Below are positions 41,368 through 53,182 of a DNA stretch of 64,000 nt, one piece after another. The translations under genes were made by a program, and so were the position numbers. This stretch comes from a bacterium. Lineage in GTDB: Bacteria > Patescibacteriota > UBA1384 > CAILIB01 > JAUSJZ01. The first letter of the stretch is position 1; each line of letters opens with the position of its first letter. A model generated the notes under the pieces. That model had not been told where the DNA came from. It saw only the letters and a program-made list of their open reading frames with translations, and searched no databases. The DNA lies in NCBI GenBank assembly GCA_030647115.1, contig JAUSJZ010000010.1, positions 4,540 through 68,539 on the forward strand, read 5' to 3'.

Positions 41368-43479
41368 ATGGTTGATAAAGTCTCCCTTGATCATGTACGC
41401 AATATAGGCATTATTGCCCATATTGACGCGGGCAAGACGACCGTGACCGAGAGAATACTGTTTTATACGGGTATTACCCATAAAATAGGGGAAGTGCACG
41501 AGGGTGAAGCTACCATGGACTGGATGGAGCAAGAACAAGAGCGTGGTATCACTATTACCGCTGCTGCCACGACCTGCTTTTGGACACCCACCTTCGGTAA
41601 CAACACCGACAACCACCGTATTAACATCATCGACACGCCCGGGCACGTTGACTTCACCATTGAGGTTCAGCGCTCGTTGCGAGTACTAGACGGGGCAGTA
41701 GTCGTCTTAGACGGTAAAATGGGCGTCGAGCCACAGACCGAGACGGTGTGGCGCCAGGCTAACGACAACAACGTACCGCGTATTATCTTTATTAACAAAA
41801 TAAACCTGCTCGGGGGCAACTTTGAACTCTGTATCGAGACAATTAATCAACGTCTGGCCAAAAATGCCCTAATTGCCGCCCTACCAATTGGTGTGGGCGA
41901 TGAGCACCGCGGGGTGGTCGATCTGGTTGAAAATATGGCTATTGTCTACGCCAACGACGAGAAGACAGAGATTAAACAAGAAGAGATACCGGCCGATTTA
42001 AAGGAGCAGGCCCATCTTTATCGCGAACGTCTAATCGAAAAAGCCGTCGAATCAGATGAAGTTCTACTCGAAAAATATCTGGAAGGCGAGGAATTAAGCA
42101 CGGCTGAAATTAGAACAGCCATTCGTAAATCAGTGCTAGCCAATGAGCTTTATCCAATTTTCGTCGGAGACGGACGCACGGCTATCGTAAAATATCTCCT
42201 TAATAATGTCGTTTCCTATCTACCGTCTCCACTAGACCTGCCTCCAGCCGTCGGTGAAGATCCAGACGACCCCGAGAAGCAGCTAGAGCGTAAACCGAGC
42301 AATGATGAGCCTTTAGCCGCCCTAGCCTTCAAAATCGCTTCGGACCCGTTTGTCGGTAAACTGACTTTTATTAGAATATACTCTGGTATTTTGAACAGCG
42401 GTTCGAACATTCTTAATGCCTCCAAAGGCGAGATAGAGCGCATCGGGCGCATCTTCCGTCTGCATGCCAACCACCGTGAAGAGGTCAAAGAAGGTGAGGC
42501 TGGTGAAATTGTCGCCGTCGTCGGTCTCAAACAGACCACTACCGGTGACACTCTGACCGACCCGAAAGCACCGCTAATTATGATGGGCATTAAGGCCACC
42601 CAATCGGTTATTTCGATGGCTATTGAACCCAAAACCAAGGCCGACCAAGAGAAACTGGGTATTGCCCTGGGTCGTCTAGCCGAAGAGGACCCGACTTTTA
42701 GAGTAAGTTCTAACGAAGAGACCGGCCAGACCATCATTGGTGGTATGGGCGAACTCCACTTAGATGTCTTGGTAGACCGCATGCGCCGCGAATTCAAGGT
42801 CGAAGCCAACGTCGGTGCTCCCCAGGTTGCCTTCAAAGAGACTATTCGTAAAGAGGTCGAACAGGAGCACAAGTATGTACGACAGTCTGGTGGTCGGGGC
42901 CAATATGGTCACGTCTACATCAGAGTCTCACCTAATGAAGTAGGTAAGGGTTTTGAATTCATTAACTCCATCGTCGGTGGAACCATACCAAAAGAGTATA
43001 TTCCAGCGGTACAGGCCGGTGTGAAAGAGGCCCTAGAACGGGGTGTTATCGCCGGGTATCCGGTCATCGATGTTAAATGCGAACTCTTTGACGGCACCTT
43101 CCACGAGGTAGACTCATCGGAAATAGCCTTTAAAATTGCCGGCTCCCTGGCTCTACAAGAGGCCGTACGCAAAGCCGACCCGGTTATACTCGAACCAATT
43201 ATGGCCGTCGAGGTCACCACACCGGAAGACTTCTTCGGTGACGTCATGGGCGACCTCAATGCCCGTCGCGGGCGCGTTAACAACACCGAAGACCGCGGTT
43301 CGGTTGGGGTTAAGGTTATACAGGCCGAGGTGCCACTGGCCTCAATGTTTGGCTACGCCACCCAATTACGTTCTATGACCCAGGGTAGAGCTAATTACGT
43401 GATGGAGTTTGCCAATTACGCCGACGTGCCCCGTCATATACAAGAAGAGTTAACTGCCGGTAAACACAAAAGCAGTTAA
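41368..43479 (+). CDS. fusA: elongation factor G (atypical G4/G5 motifs)
   Basis: [37 protein letters not shown]; str operon position. Confidence 0.98.
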   Translation: MVDKVSLDHVRNIGIIAHIDAGKTTVTERILFYTGITHKIGEVHEGEATMDWMEQEQERGITITAAATTCFWTPTFGNNTDNHRINIIDTPGHVDFTIEVQRSLRVLDGAVVVLDGKMGVEPQTETVWRQANDNNVPRIIFINKINLLGGNFELCIETINQRLAKNALIAALPIGVGDEHRGVVDLVENMAIVYANDEKTEIKQEEIPADLKEQAHLYRERLIEKAVESDEVLLEKYLEGEELSTAEIRTAIRKSVLANELYPIFVGDGRTAIVKYLLNNVVSYLPSPLDLPPAVGEDPDDPEKQLERKPSNDEPLAALAFKIASDPFVGKLTFIRIYSGILNSGSNILNASKGEIERIGRIFRLHANHREEVKEGEAGEIVAVVGLKQTTTGDTLTDPKAPLIMMGIKATQSVISMAIEPKTKADQEKLGIALGRLAEEDPTFRVSSNEETGQTIIGGMGELHLDVLVDRMRREFKVEANVGAPQVAFKETIRKEVEQEHKYVRQSGGRGQYGHVYIRVSPNEVGKGFEFINSIVGGTIPKEYIPAVQAGVKEALERGVIAGYPVIDVKCELFDGTFHEVDSSEIAFKIAGSLALQEAVRKADPVILEPIMAVEVTTPEDFFGDVMGDLNARRGRVNNTEDRGSVGVKVIQAEVPLASMFGYATQLRSMTQGRANYVMEFANYADVPRHIQEELTAGKHKSS

Positions 43480-43489
43480 GACTGATGTG

Positions 43490-43517
43490 TTGACAGATAA
43501 GACCAATCGGGTATAGT
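43490..43517 (+). promoter_or_regulatory. internal promoter of tuf
   Basis: TTGACA-16 nt-TATAGT. Confidence 0.6.
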
Positions 43518-43593
43518 ATTTAAGGAGTGAGCCGTTTGACTCGAGTGTTTGGGTTCAGAAACAACTTTATATAACAAAAACTAACAGCTTATT

Positions 43594-44775
43594 ATGGCCG
43601 AGAAATTTGAACGCAGCAAACCGCACGTTAACGTAGGCACCATTGGCCACGTTGATCACGGTAAAACAACTTTAACCGCCGCCATCACCCAGGTTCTCTC
43701 TAAAGAGGGTAAGGCTAAGGCGATGAGTTTTGATCAAATCGATAACGCTCCTGAAGAGCGCGAGCGTGGTATTACCATTGCTACCACTCACTGTGAATAC
43801 GAATCTGATAAGCGTCACTACGCCCACGTCGATTGTCCCGGCCACGCCGACTATGTTAAAAATATGATTACCGGTGCCGCTCAGATGGACGCCGCTATTT
43901 TGGTTGTCTCTGCCCCTGACGGTCCAATGCCTCAAACTCGCGAGCATATCCTCTTGGCTTACCAGGTCGGTGTACCGCAAATAGTCGTTTTCTTGAATAA
44001 GGTAGATATGGTTGATGATGCAGAGCTATTAGAACTGGTAGAAATTGAGATCCGTGAATTGTTAACCAAATATCATTTCCCCGGCGATAAAACTCCTATT
44101 ATCAAAGGTTCAGCCCTTAAGGCCCTTGAAGGTGATGAGAAAGCCGGCGAAGCGATCAAAGAGTTAATTCAAGCCCTTGATGATTACGTTGTCGACCCGG
44201 TGCGTGAAATTGACAAAGACCTACTAATGCCGATTGAAGATGTCTTCTCGATCAAAGGTCGTGGCACCGTCGCTACTGGTCGTATTGAGCGCGGTCAGGT
44301 CAAAGTTAACGATGAGGTTGAGATAGTCGGTGTTAAACCGACCCGCAAGGTAATCGTTACCGGTGTAGAGATGTTTAAGAAGATGCTTGATTCCGGTCAA
44401 GCCGGTGACAACGTCGGTATTTTGCTGCGTGGTATTGAGCGAGAAGAGATTGAGCGTGGTCAGGTTTTGGCCAAACCAGGTTCAATTACCCCTCATACCG
44501 AGTACGAAGCCGAGGTTTATATCTTAAGCAAAGAAGAGGGTGGACGTCACACACCATTCTTTAAGGGCTACAAGCCGCAATTCTACGTGCGTACTACCGA
44601 TGTTACCGGTGAAGTAGAGTTGCCAGAAGGCGCCGAGATGGTTATGCCCGGTGACACCGTCAATCTAGTCATCAAGCTCATCGTCCCGATTGCTCTTGAA
44701 GATGGTATGCGCTTCGCCATCAGAGAAGGTGGTCGTACCGTCGGAGCCGGTGTAGTAACCAAAATAATCAAATAG
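43594..44775 (+). CDS. tuf: elongation factor Tu
   Basis: [22 protein letters not shown]. Confidence 0.99.
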   Translation: MAEKFERSKPHVNVGTIGHVDHGKTTLTAAITQVLSKEGKAKAMSFDQIDNAPEERERGITIATTHCEYESDKRHYAHVDCPGHADYVKNMITGAAQMDAAILVVSAPDGPMPQTREHILLAYQVGVPQIVVFLNKVDMVDDAELLELVEIEIRELLTKYHFPGDKTPIIKGSALKALEGDEKAGEAIKELIQALDDYVVDPVREIDKDLLMPIEDVFSIKGRGTVATGRIERGQVKVNDEVEIVGVKPTRKVIVTGVEMFKKMLDSGQAGDNVGILLRGIEREEIERGQVLAKPGSITPHTEYEAEVYILSKEEGGRHTPFFKGYKPQFYVRTTDVTGEVELPEGAEMVMPGDTVNLVIKLIVPIALEDGMRFAIREGGRTVGAGVVTKIIK

Positions 44776-44783
44776 GTACACAA

Positions 44784-44816
44784 GCAGCTCTCTAAGCAAT
44801 TAGAGGGCTGTTGTGT
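44784..44816 (+). terminator. hairpin after tuf (weak terminator or mRNA stabiliser)
   Basis: gcagctctctaa-gcaa-ttagagggctgt with a poor U tract. Confidence 0.55.
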
Positions 44817-44843
44817 CTCTAGCAGAGACTAAATTATAAGAAG

Positions 44844-45170
44844 ATGGCCAAGACTGAACAATCATATAAACAACGTATCCGCATCCGCCTTAAAGCGTAT
44901 GATCATCGTATTATCGATTCTGCCGCTAAGCAGATAATCGAGACGGTTGAGCGTACCGGAGCCCGCACCATTGGGCCCATACCGCTACCAACCGATAAAT
45001 CGATTTATACCGTACTGCGGTCGCCGCACGTCCACAAGGACTCACGGGAACAGTTTGAGATGCGCACGCACAAGCGTATGATTGACGTCTTTGACCCCGC
45101 TTCCAACACCATCGACAATCTCATGCATCTAGACCTGCCTGCCGGGGTAGATGTAGAGATGAAGATGTAA
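44844..45170 (+). CDS. rpsJ: 30S ribosomal protein S10
   Basis: [23 protein letters not shown]. Confidence 0.99.
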   Translation: MAKTEQSYKQRIRIRLKAYDHRIIDSAAKQIIETVERTGARTIGPIPLPTDKSIYTVLRSPHVHKDSREQFEMRTHKRMIDVFDPASNTIDNLMHLDLPAGVDVEMKM

Positions 45171-45177
45171 CAATTAA

Positions 45178-45244
45178 CCGATACTACCCTAATTTGGGGA
45201 CAAGTCGGCTCAATAGTTTGAGCCGTTAATATGGCTCAATTTTT
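45178..45244 (+). promoter_or_regulatory. putative attenuator or ribosomal-protein leader
   Basis: Three mutually exclusive stems, the last followed by TTTTT. Confidence 0.5.
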
Positions 45245-45249
45245 ATAAA

Positions 45250-45771
45250 ATGGCTTTCATGATTGCTAGTAAACAAGGTATGACTCGTATCCATCGTCAA
45301 GATGGTAGTATTGCTGCGGTCACTGTTTTGAAATGCGAACCCCTGAACGTGCTTGGACAACGGACAACCGCCAAAGACGGTTATTCGGCTACTATTGTCC
45401 AATCAGGTAAGACTACCAAAGAGACCCAATCTGATAAAACAAAACTCGAAGATTTCACGGCCGACCAATTAGTTAAAATTGTCGGTGTCACTAAGGGTAA
45501 AGGCTTCAGTGGTACCGTTAAACGACACGGGTTCAGCATTGGCCCCAAATCACACGGTTCACATAATATGAGAGCGCCCGGCTCAATTGGTTCCGGTTAT
45601 CCACAACGAGTCGTCAAGGGTCGACCGATGCCCGGGCGTTTAGGAGCCACCCAAACCACCATCACTACCTTTGTTGAATCGGTCCTAGACAAAGAAAACC
45701 TATTATTGGTCAGAGGCTCCGTTCCTGGTAGCCGTGGTACCATTTTAACGGTTGAAGGAGTACAGCAATGA
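45250..45771 (+). CDS. rplC: 50S ribosomal protein L3 (short)
   Basis: [24 protein letters not shown]. Confidence 0.97.
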   Translation: MAFMIASKQGMTRIHRQDGSIAAVTVLKCEPLNVLGQRTTAKDGYSATIVQSGKTTKETQSDKTKLEDFTADQLVKIVGVTKGKGFSGTVKRHGFSIGPKSHGSHNMRAPGSIGSGYPQRVVKGRPMPGRLGATQTTITTFVESVLDKENLLLVRGSVPGSRGTILTVEGVQQ

Positions 45772-46373
45772 ACATCTCGTTAATTAACCAAGAATCAATC
45801 GGTGAGATGACATTCCCTAAGTCGCTCGAGCGCGAGGTGTCACCACTATTAATAAGCCAGTACGTGGCTTATGTTCAGAGTGCTACCACCAAGAAGACCG
45901 GTCACACCAAAACCAGGGGTGAGGTTAGTGGAGGGGGTAAGAAGCCCTGGAAACAGAAAGGCACCGGCCGCGCCCGTCACGGTTCCTCACGGTCTCCAAT
46001 CTGGACCGGTGGTGGTGTTGTCTTTGGACCTCGACGCGAACAGGAAAAAACGGTCCGCATGAATAAAAAGATGAGAAGGTTGGCACTGGCAGCCTTATTG
46101 ACCATGGCCGCCAAAGATAAGCGACTGGCGGTAGCCGAATTTGACGAGACTAACGCTCCTAAACAGATAAGAACCCAACTACAGCAGTATCTTGCTCAAA
46201 AAGACGCCGTTCTGGTCATCCAAAGCATGGCTTCACCACTGAAGAAAGCCTCGAACCTCGATAAAACCAAATCAATCTCTATCAATCGTTTTGGGGCGCG
46301 ACAGTTGTACTCCAAAAAAATGATCGTTTTTGATAAGGAATCATTTGATAATCTGGTAAATCGACTGCAATGA
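45768..46373 (+). CDS. rplD: 50S ribosomal protein L4
   Basis: [23 protein letters not shown]. Confidence 0.98.
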   Translation: MNISLINQESIGEMTFPKSLEREVSPLLISQYVAYVQSATTKKTGHTKTRGEVSGGGKKPWKQKGTGRARHGSSRSPIWTGGGVVFGPRREQEKTVRMNKKMRRLALAALLTMAAKDKRLAVAEFDETNAPKQIRTQLQQYLAQKDAVLVIQSMASPLKKASNLDKTKSISINRFGARQLYSKKMIVFDKESFDNLVNRLQ

Positions 46374-46663
46374 AAGCTCATCTAACCGAAAAGTCGGTCA
46401 CTCTAGCCAACCAAGATCATCCTTGTTTCACCTTTTTAGTGAATAAGGCCGATACGTCAGCCCACATCAAGGCGCTGGTAAAGACCTTATACCAGGTAGA
46501 TGCGACCGACATCAGATTTATCAACAACGTTGCCAAACAGGTTAAATTCAGAGGTAAGAAGGGCTCGCGTGGTGCCATCCGTAAGGCCATAATCACCCTC
46601 AAGCCCAAGCAGAGAATTGACTTATTTGACGTGAAAGAAGAAAAACCGACCGATGGCAAATAG
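46370..46663 (+). CDS. rplW: 50S ribosomal protein L23
   Basis: LTEKS, KAIITL; synteny. Confidence 0.93.
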   Translation: MKAHLTEKSVTLANQDHPCFTFLVNKADTSAHIKALVKTLYQVDATDIRFINNVAKQVKFRGKKGSRGAIRKAIITLKPKQRIDLFDVKEEKPTDGK

Positions 46664-47462
46664 ACTATTAAAACCAACCTCCGCCGGCCGGCGCGGCATG
46701 ACCGCGCGTGATTTTAGTATGGTCACCGATAACACCAGAATAAAAAGCCTGACTGCCAGCAAGAAAGAACAGGCGGGTAGAAATACTCAAGGCCACTTAA
46801 CTGTGCGACATCGCGGTGGCGGTGCCAAGAGACTCTTTCGTACCATTGACTTTAAACGTAACCTAGAAGGTCAACAGCAGGTCAAAGCAATCCAGTATGA
46901 CCCCAATCGTACCGCCAGAGTTGCCTTACTAGAGAATAAACAGGGCGAGAACAGCTTCATCTTAGCCACTACAACCATGAAGGTCGGTGACACTATTAGT
47001 CACGGTCCCACGGCCGAGATTAAGGATGGCAACACCCTGCCACTGCAAAACATACCGGTAGGCTTAACCGTGCACAACATTGAGGGCCAGCCGGGTCAGG
47101 GTGGCAAGTATGCCCGCGCTGCCGGCACCTACGCCATTTTGCAAGGACTAGATAACGGCTATGCTACAGTTAAACTGATGAGCGGTACCATTATGAAGAT
47201 AAGCGATCGTTGTCTTGCAACTTTGGGCCAAACGAGTAACATACATAACGCTAGTGTAGTCATTGGTAAAGCCGGACGAAATAGAAATCTCGGCAAGAGA
47301 CCAACCGTTCGTGGTAAGGCAATGCACCCGGCCGCTCACCCCCATGGTGGTGGTGAAGGTAATAACGGTATTGGTTTACGCAAAGGACCCAAAACGAAGT
47401 GGGGAGCCCAGGCTTTGGGTGTGAAGACTAGCAAACGCAACCGTAAAAAGAAACTAAAATAA
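46653..47462 (+). CDS. rplB: 50S ribosomal protein L2
   Basis: RHRGGG, YDPNR, RPTVRG, HPHGGGEG. Confidence 0.99.
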   Translation: MANRLLKPTSAGRRGMTARDFSMVTDNTRIKSLTASKKEQAGRNTQGHLTVRHRGGGAKRLFRTIDFKRNLEGQQQVKAIQYDPNRTARVALLENKQGENSFILATTTMKVGDTISHGPTAEIKDGNTLPLQNIPVGLTVHNIEGQPGQGGKYARAAGTYAILQGLDNGYATVKLMSGTIMKISDRCLATLGQTSNIHNASVVIGKAGRNRNLGKRPTVRGKAMHPAAHPHGGGEGNNGIGLRKGPKTKWGAQALGVKTSKRNRKKKLK

Positions 47463-47465
47463 GCG

Positions 47466-47771
47466 ATGGCCCGTTCAATCAAAAAAGGTTCATACACTCA
47501 CTACTCAATCTTAGAGAAGATTGGTCGTCTTAGAGCTGGTGATAAAACCGTTATCAAAACCTGGAGTCGTTCATCTACTATTATCCCCGAGATGATCGGT
47601 TATCGTTTCGGCGTGCATAACGGTCGCACCTTTACGGAACTGTTAGTCACTGAAGATCATGTGGGTCACAAGCTTGGTGAATTTTCCCCGACCCGTAAAT
47701 TCACCAGACACGGTGGTCGCATGGCTAAAGATCAGGCCGACAGCACTAAAACTGGTAACAGAACCGAGTGA
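47466..47771 (+). CDS. rpsS: 30S ribosomal protein S19
   Basis: KTWSR, VHNG, GHKLGEF. Confidence 0.99.
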   Translation: MARSIKKGSYTHYSILEKIGRLRAGDKTVIKTWSRSSTIIPEMIGYRFGVHNGRTFTELLVTEDHVGHKLGEFSPTRKFTRHGGRMAKDQADSTKTGNRTE

Positions 47772-48136
47772 TGATATACAGCTACAACGTTCGTTATCTG
47801 CGCATCTCACCGAAGAAGCTACAACAGGTTAGTGCCCTGGTTAGTGGTAGTAACACAAATAAGGCTTTGGATATTTTAGCGGTTCAAAAACAGAAGGGGG
47901 CCAGCATGTTATATCAAGCCATTAAATCGGCTCTGAATAACGCTGCTGCCACTAATATTGATTTGAACCACTATCGCATTGTCGGTATCGCCTGTAATAA
48001 AGGTCCGGTATTCATGCGTCGTTGGGTCAGATTACGCGGAACATCAACTCCCAAAAGAAAGTACACCACCCACGCCCGCATCGATTTTGGCGAAACCAAA
48101 CCAAAACAGTCAAAAGTGAAACAGCCCGCTAAATAA
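47768..48136 (+). CDS. rplV: 50S ribosomal protein L22
   Basis: RISPKK, SALNNA, NKGP; synteny. Confidence 0.93.
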   Translation: MMIYSYNVRYLRISPKKLQQVSALVSGSNTNKALDILAVQKQKGASMLYQAIKSALNNAAATNIDLNHYRIVGIACNKGPVFMRRWVRLRGTSTPKRKYTTHARIDFGETKPKQSKVKQPAK

Positions 48137-48138
48137 TT

Positions 48139-48810
48139 ATGGGACACAAAGTACATCCAAGCGGAATGAGGCGCGGTCTGCGGTCTGAATGGCCGTCGAA
48201 GTGGTTTTCTAGTGGTACCAAATATCGCGATCAGCTAATAGAAGACATCACCATCCGTAAACAAATCGGAGCCCGCTTCAATCAAGCCGGCATTGAAGAT
48301 ATCATCATCAAGCGCAACGCCAATCTGTTAGAGATTGAAATTAAAACGGCCAAGCCGGGTATTATTATCGGTCGTAGCGGTGCCGGTGCCAAGGGTCTCA
48401 AGGTATTAATTGAAGACCAGTATCGTAATTTACCTAAAGCCCAACAGCCTCACATCCGCATTAATATTGTCGAAATCAAGAACCCCGATTTATCGGCCCA
48501 ATTGATTGCCGAGAATATCGCCCGCTCCATTGAACGCCGCATTAACGTGCGTCGAGCCGTACAACAGGCATTAGAACGGGCTAAAGAGAAAGGCGTGAAG
48601 GGTATGAAAATAAGGGTCTCCGGTCGTCTGAACGGGGCTGACATCGCTCGCTCTGAATATGTAAACTACGGTTCGGTGCCTCTTTCTACCTTCAAATCAC
48701 AGATTGCCTACAGTTTGGTGCACGCTTTAACCGGTTTCGGTATCATTGGGGTTAAAGTCTGGGTCTACCGTGGTATTGATGAGCCATTAAGAGAGAGCTC
48801 TAAAAATTAA
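48139..48810 (+). CDS. rpsC: 30S ribosomal protein S3
   Basis: [29 protein letters not shown]. Confidence 0.99.
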   Translation: MGHKVHPSGMRRGLRSEWPSKWFSSGTKYRDQLIEDITIRKQIGARFNQAGIEDIIIKRNANLLEIEIKTAKPGIIIGRSGAGAKGLKVLIEDQYRNLPKAQQPHIRINIVEIKNPDLSAQLIAENIARSIERRINVRRAVQQALERAKEKGVKGMKIRVSGRLNGADIARSEYVNYGSVPLSTFKSQIAYSLVHALTGFGIIGVKVWVYRGIDEPLRESSKN

Positions 48811-48812
48811 TT

Positions 48813-49226
48813 ATGTTACTACCCAAGCGAGTTAAACATCGTAAACACCAGCGCGGCAGCAACCGCGGCGTAGCCGCACAGGGCTGCCACGTTAACTTTG
48901 GGCAGTTTGGTCTGCAGGCATTAGAGAACGGTCAGTTATCATCGCGTCAAATTGAGTCAGCCAGACGCGCTATTACCAGACATATTAAACGTGGCGGTCA
49001 GGTATGGATCCGTGTCTTTCCCGATCATCCTCTCACCAAAAAAGGAGCAGAGGTTCCGATGGGGAAAGGCAAAGGCGCCGTAGACCACTATGTAGCCAAG
49101 GTTAAACGAGGCCGAGTGTTGTTTGAAATCGGCGGTGTTGACGATGCCCTCGCCAGAGAGTCATTGCACCTGGCAGCGTATAAGTTGTCGGTTAAGACAG
49201 CTATTAAAGCGAGAATGACGATATGA
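48813..49226 (+). CDS. rplP: 50S ribosomal protein L16
   Basis: [20 protein letters not shown]. Confidence 0.99.
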   Translation: MLLPKRVKHRKHQRGSNRGVAAQGCHVNFGQFGLQALENGQLSSRQIESARRAITRHIKRGGQVWIRVFPDHPLTKKGAEVPMGKGKGAVDHYVAKVKRGRVLFEIGGVDDALARESLHLAAYKLSVKTAIKARMTI

Positions 49227-49378
49227 AACGCCAAGACGAATTAATTAGTTGGCGTAAAAAGACTCCGGTGGCTTTGCGGGCTGAATTAAAGGAGATCAGA
49301 CTTGACAGCTCCAAAAAGATGACCCGGGCCAGAATTCTGACTATTTTACGAGAAAAGCAATTGGCAACCAATGAATAA
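49223..49378 (+). CDS. rpmC: 50S ribosomal protein L29 (51 aa, internally shortened)
   Basis: Manual translation [51 protein letters not shown]; ARILTILRE motif; synteny; below ORF-track cutoff. Confidence 0.88.
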   Translation: MKRQDELISWRKKTPVALRAELKEIRLDSSKKMTRARILTILREKQLATNE

Positions 49379-49613
49379 GAAATTACACCTAATTCTAACC
49401 GGAGTCGTTGAAGGAGTACGTGAAAACACGGTCCGGGTTAAGGTGGCTCGTTTTAAGCGACATCCGATCTATCTGAAAAAATACACCGTGCACAAAACCT
49501 ATTTTGCCGTGTTACCAACCGGTTTGACGGTTAGTATAGGTGACGAGGTAAACATTATGAATCGCCCTAAAATGAGCAAGAGCAAGGCCTGGCAAGTAGT
49601 TAAAACACCCTAA
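49371..49613 (+). CDS. rpsQ: 30S ribosomal protein S17
   Basis: [20 protein letters not shown]; synteny. Confidence 0.95.
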   Translation: MNKKLHLILTGVVEGVRENTVRVKVARFKRHPIYLKKYTVHKTYFAVLPTGLTVSIGDEVNIMNRPKMSKSKAWQVVKTP

Positions 49614-49981
49614 TGGTACAACCAGGTAGTAGACTACAAATTGCCGATAATACCGGAGCACGCGTCATTGAATGCATTACGGTTTTAGGTGGAGCCGCTC
49701 GCGATGCCGCTACCGTAGGTGATATCATCTCTGCTAGTGTAAAGGTTGCCTCACCCCACGGTCAGGTAAAGAGAAAGGCCTTAGTCAAAGCGGTCATTGT
49801 GCGTCAGAAAAAAACCATGCAACGAGTTGACGGTTCCAATATCCGTTTCGACGAAAACGCGGCGGTCATCATTGATGCCAACAAAGAACCGGTCGGCACC
49901 CGCATCTTTGGCCCCATACCACGTGAGTTACGAGATATGGGTTACCGTAAGATAATTTCGCTAGCGCAAGAAGTATTATGA
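49613..49981 (+). CDS. rplN: 50S ribosomal protein L14
   Basis: [20 protein letters not shown]. Confidence 0.99.
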   Translation: MVQPGSRLQIADNTGARVIECITVLGGAARDAATVGDIISASVKVASPHGQVKRKALVKAVIVRQKKTMQRVDGSNIRFDENAAVIIDANKEPVGTRIFGPIPRELRDMGYRKIISLAQEVL

Positions 49982-50301
49982 GAAAGATAAAAGTAGGCGA
50001 TACTGTTATTGTTAGATCTGGTAAAGACCGTACTAAAATTGGCCAGGTTGAAGTTATAATCGCCGGTCGGGCCTTGGTGAACGGTATCAATATAGTCAAG
50101 AAACACCAGAAGAAGACCGCCGCCACTCCGCAAGGAGGCATTATTGAAAAGAGTTTGCCGGTTCACGTGTCCAAACTGATGCTGATAGATGCTAAGCTGA
50201 AAAAACCGACTCGGGTCAGATTCCAGATAGACGCAGGCAAAAAGGAGCGTCGTTACACCAAAAGCCAGGAATTGGTTACCGTAAAGACCACCACCAAATA
50301 A
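49978..50301 (+). CDS. rplX: 50S ribosomal protein L24
   Basis: GDTVIV.SGKD KOW motif, GGIIEK. Confidence 0.98.
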   Translation: MRKIKVGDTVIVRSGKDRTKIGQVEVIIAGRALVNGINIVKKHQKKTAATPQGGIIEKSLPVHVSKLMLIDAKLKKPTRVRFQIDAGKKERRYTKSQELVTVKTTTK

Positions 50302-50843
50302 TGTCACCAACAAACATCATTACCTCGAAGCCGAACCTCGAAGCTCTCCAAAAAGAGCTGGGCTTGAAGAACATCGAAGCCACCCCTCGAATTAAAGGTG
50401 TCGTGTTAAATGTCGGTGTCGGTCGTATCGTGGAAAAAGAACAACGACAAAAGGTAGCCGAATTTTTAGGTAGAATCGCCGGTCAAAAGCCGGTTCCGAC
50501 CAAAGCTCGTAAATCGGTGGCTGCTTTCAAAATTAGAGAGGGCAACATCGTCGGTTATAAAGTTACCTTGCGCGGCGCTAAGATGTATCGTTTTCTTGAT
50601 AAATTGATTAACGTCTCTCTGCCACGCACGCGTGACTTTAGAGGTATCAAAAAAACAGCCGTCTCTAAATCTGGTATCAGCCTGGGCATTAAAGACATCG
50701 CCATCTTCCCCGATATCAAACCGGAGGAACTAAAAGAGAACCAGGGCATTCAGGTCAATATAATTTTATCTAATATCAATCAAGAGACAGTTAATAAAGT
50801 AGCACAATATTTAGGCTTACCCCTAGAAAAAGACAATGGCTAA
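50301..50843 (+). CDS. rplE: 50S ribosomal protein L5
   Basis: [24 protein letters not shown]. Confidence 0.98.
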   Translation: MSPTNIITSKPNLEALQKELGLKNIEATPRIKGVVLNVGVGRIVEKEQRQKVAEFLGRIAGQKPVPTKARKSVAAFKIREGNIVGYKVTLRGAKMYRFLDKLINVSLPRTRDFRGIKKTAVSKSGISLGIKDIAIFPDIKPEELKENQGIQVNIILSNINQETVNKVAQYLGLPLEKDNG

Positions 50844-51021
50844 AACATCATTAATAGTTAAGGCAAATCGACAACCCAAATTCTCAACCCGTAAAGTAAC
50901 CCGGTGTAAGCTTTGTGGACGCTCAAAAGCCTATATGCGTACCTTCGGTATGTGCCGGCTCTGCTTCCGCGAATACGCCTCACGTGGTGAGATACCCGGT
51001 ATTAAAAAAGCTAGTTGGTAA
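50836..51021 (+). CDS. rpsZ: 30S ribosomal protein S14 type Z (zinc-binding)
   Basis: [20 protein letters not shown]. Confidence 0.98.
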   Translation: MAKTSLIVKANRQPKFSTRKVTRCKLCGRSKAYMRTFGMCRLCFREYASRGEIPGIKKASW

Positions 51022-51022
51022 T

Positions 51023-51397
51023 ATGACAGACCCTATTGCAGATACAATTACCCGCATCAGAAATGCGGTCATGACCCAAAACAAAGCATGTGAAATTTTA
51101 GCTTCGTCTTTTAACAGTCGTCTTTTAGAGCTGCTCAAAGAAGAAGGTTACTTAGGTGAGATCAGCCGCGATGAACAGAACCCACGGGTATTGAAGGTAA
51201 ACCTCCTATCTGATAAGATTCATGGGTTGAAGAGATTAAGTAAACCGGGCCGTCGTCTTTATGTTGGCCACAAGCATATTCCGATTTCACTTTCCGGCTA
51301 CGGTACTATCATTGTTTCGACACCAAAGGGTTTACTGACCGGAAAGTCCGCTCGACAGCAACATTTAGGTGGAGAATTAATAGTCGAAATAAACTAA
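51023..51397 (+). CDS. rpsH: 30S ribosomal protein S8
   Basis: MTDPIADTITRIRN, SKPGRRLY, GGE; start at ATG 51023. Confidence 0.98.
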   Translation: MTDPIADTITRIRNAVMTQNKACEILASSFNSRLLELLKEEGYLGEISRDEQNPRVLKVNLLSDKIHGLKRLSKPGRRLYVGHKHIPISLSGYGTIIVSTPKGLLTGKSARQQHLGGELIVEIN

Positions 51398-51401
51398 CAA
51401 A

Positions 51402-51944
51402 GTGTCACGCATCGGTATTAAACCAATTGAATTACCTAACGGCGTTACCGTCAATGAACAAGACGGTCTATTAGAGGTGACCAACGGTAAGAACGTTTTG
51501 CCGGTGAGTTTGCCGAAATCACTGGAATTAGTCACTAGTGACCAAACTTTATCAATCAAGAGAAAGAATAACGATCAAGAGACATTGGCCCTACACGGTA
51601 CAGTACGGATGCTACTAGCTAATGCCATTCAAGGTCTGGCAGAGGGCTGGAATAAGGTGCTTGAGTTTCACGGCTCTGGTTACCGAGCGGCTGTTACTGA
51701 TCGCGAACTAGAGCTGCATCTGGGCTATTCACATCCGATTGTCTACCACATACCTGATGGCATTGAAATCACGGTCGTGAAGAACCACATCACCGTCAGT
51801 GGCTACGACAAGCAACAGGTCGGTCAGGTAGCCGCTATTATTCGCGATTATCGTAAACCGGAACCCTACAAGGGTAAGGGCATCAAGTACCGTGGTGAAC
51901 ACATCATTCGTAAAGTAGGCAAGGCCTTAAAGAGCACCGCCTAA
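51402..51944 (+). CDS. rplF: 50S ribosomal protein L6
   Basis: SRIG, LGYSHP, PEPYKGKGI. Confidence 0.99.
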   Translation: MSRIGIKPIELPNGVTVNEQDGLLEVTNGKNVLPVSLPKSLELVTSDQTLSIKRKNNDQETLALHGTVRMLLANAIQGLAEGWNKVLEFHGSGYRAAVTDRELELHLGYSHPIVYHIPDGIEITVVKNHITVSGYDKQQVGQVAAIIRDYRKPEPYKGKGIKYRGEHIIRKVGKALKSTA

Positions 51945-52270
51945 TGAATAATACAGCCCGAACAATTAGAGTCAGAAATAAGCTCAAGCTTGTTTCGAGC
52001 CGCCCACGATTGAGCATCTTTAAAAGCAACCGTTATCTTTCGGTACAGCTAATTGACGATCAAAACAATAAGTCTATTTTAGGGGTACACGAGAAAAAAA
52101 TGGCTGGCAAGACTAAAATAGAACGAATCAAGCAATTGGCCCAACAGACGGCCGAACAGCTTAAACAAGCCAAACAGACTAAAGTATATTTTGATCGCGG
52201 CAAAAACAGATATCACGGTCAGATTGCCTCATTTGTTGAAGAACTACGACAAGCTGGTATAAATATCTAA
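51944..52270 (+). CDS. rplR: 50S ribosomal protein L18
   Basis: RPRLSIFKSN, FDRG..YHG. Confidence 0.97.
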   Translation: MNNTARTIRVRNKLKLVSSRPRLSIFKSNRYLSVQLIDDQNNKSILGVHEKKMAGKTKIERIKQLAQQTAEQLKQAKQTKVYFDRGKNRYHGQIASFVEELRQAGINI

Positions 52271-52271
52271 G

Positions 52272-52769
52272 ATGTACAATAACGAAAACCGTCACAATAA
52301 TCAGCGCAACCGACCCCGACCGGTTAGTGAATACGAAGAGAAGATAGTTGACGTGGCTCGCGTTACCAGAGTAGTTAAGGGTGGGCGTCGCATGCGTTTT
52401 CGAGTATTGGTAGTCATCGGCAATAAGAAAGGCCGAATTGGAGCCGGCATTGCTAAGGGTTCGGAAGTACCAACCGCCATGCGAAAGGCGATTGAGACTG
52501 CTAAAAAGAAGATGTTAGACGTGGTAATTACCGATAGTGGTTCCATACCACACGAGACCAGAGCCCGTTATTCGGCCAGTGAGATTGTTCTTTTCCCAGC
52601 TCCAGAGGGTTCTTCACTCGTCTCCGGCGGTACCGCCAGAACGGTTTTAGAGCTCGCCGGCTACAAGAACATTGTCTCTAAGAGTCTCGGGTCAAATAAC
52701 AAGCTAAACTGCGTCTTTGCTACCCTAGAAGCCCTAGAGAACCTTAAGAAGCGTAATTTAACCCAATGA
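52272..52769 (+). CDS. rpsE: 30S ribosomal protein S5
   Basis: [22 protein letters not shown]. Confidence 0.99.
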   Translation: MYNNENRHNNQRNRPRPVSEYEEKIVDVARVTRVVKGGRRMRFRVLVVIGNKKGRIGAGIAKGSEVPTAMRKAIETAKKKMLDVVITDSGSIPHETRARYSASEIVLFPAPEGSSLVSGGTARTVLELAGYKNIVSKSLGSNNKLNCVFATLEALENLKKRNLTQ

Positions 52770-53182
52770 TTGCCTTAGTAAAAATACACCATTCGAAAAA
52801 GAGAGTTGGCCGCGGCATTGCTGCCGGTCAAGGTAAGACCGCCGGCCGAGGCACCAAAGGGCAAAACTCACGTACCGGTAAGAAAAGACACTCCGGCTTC
52901 ACCACCGGTGCCAGCCCGTTGCAGATGCGCCTGCCCAAGATTGAGGGCAATAAGGTGGTCAATCGATATTACAGCCTTACCACCGATAGACTGGCACAGT
53001 TTTTCCAAAAAGACGATGCGATTACTATTAAGGAACTGCAGCACCACGGCCTACTACCTCAAAAATTGCCGCCTAAGGCGGTCGTTAAGGTTATCATGGG
53101 GACCAAACAAGACTTCGATCTAAAGCTAGATTCAGCTATTGCTCACTCCAAAAGCATAGTCGTTAAAGTTGAAACCGCTTAA
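52766..53182 (+). CDS. rplO: 50S ribosomal protein L15
   Basis: [26 protein letters not shown]. Confidence 0.97.
   Translation: MIALVKIHHSKKRVGRGIAAGQGKTAGRGTKGQNSRTGKKRHSGFTTGASPLQMRLPKIEGNKVVNRYYSLTTDRLAQFFQKDDAITIKELQHHGLLPQKLPPKAVVKVIMGTKQDFDLKLDSAIAHSKSIVVKVETA

Noticed and set aside
50915-51022. Apparent N-terminal extension of S8; similar extensions on gap (10213), pfkB (13870) and infB (29404)
   Set aside because: These are longest-ORF artefacts overlapping upstream genes; canonical N-termini begin at downstream ATGs
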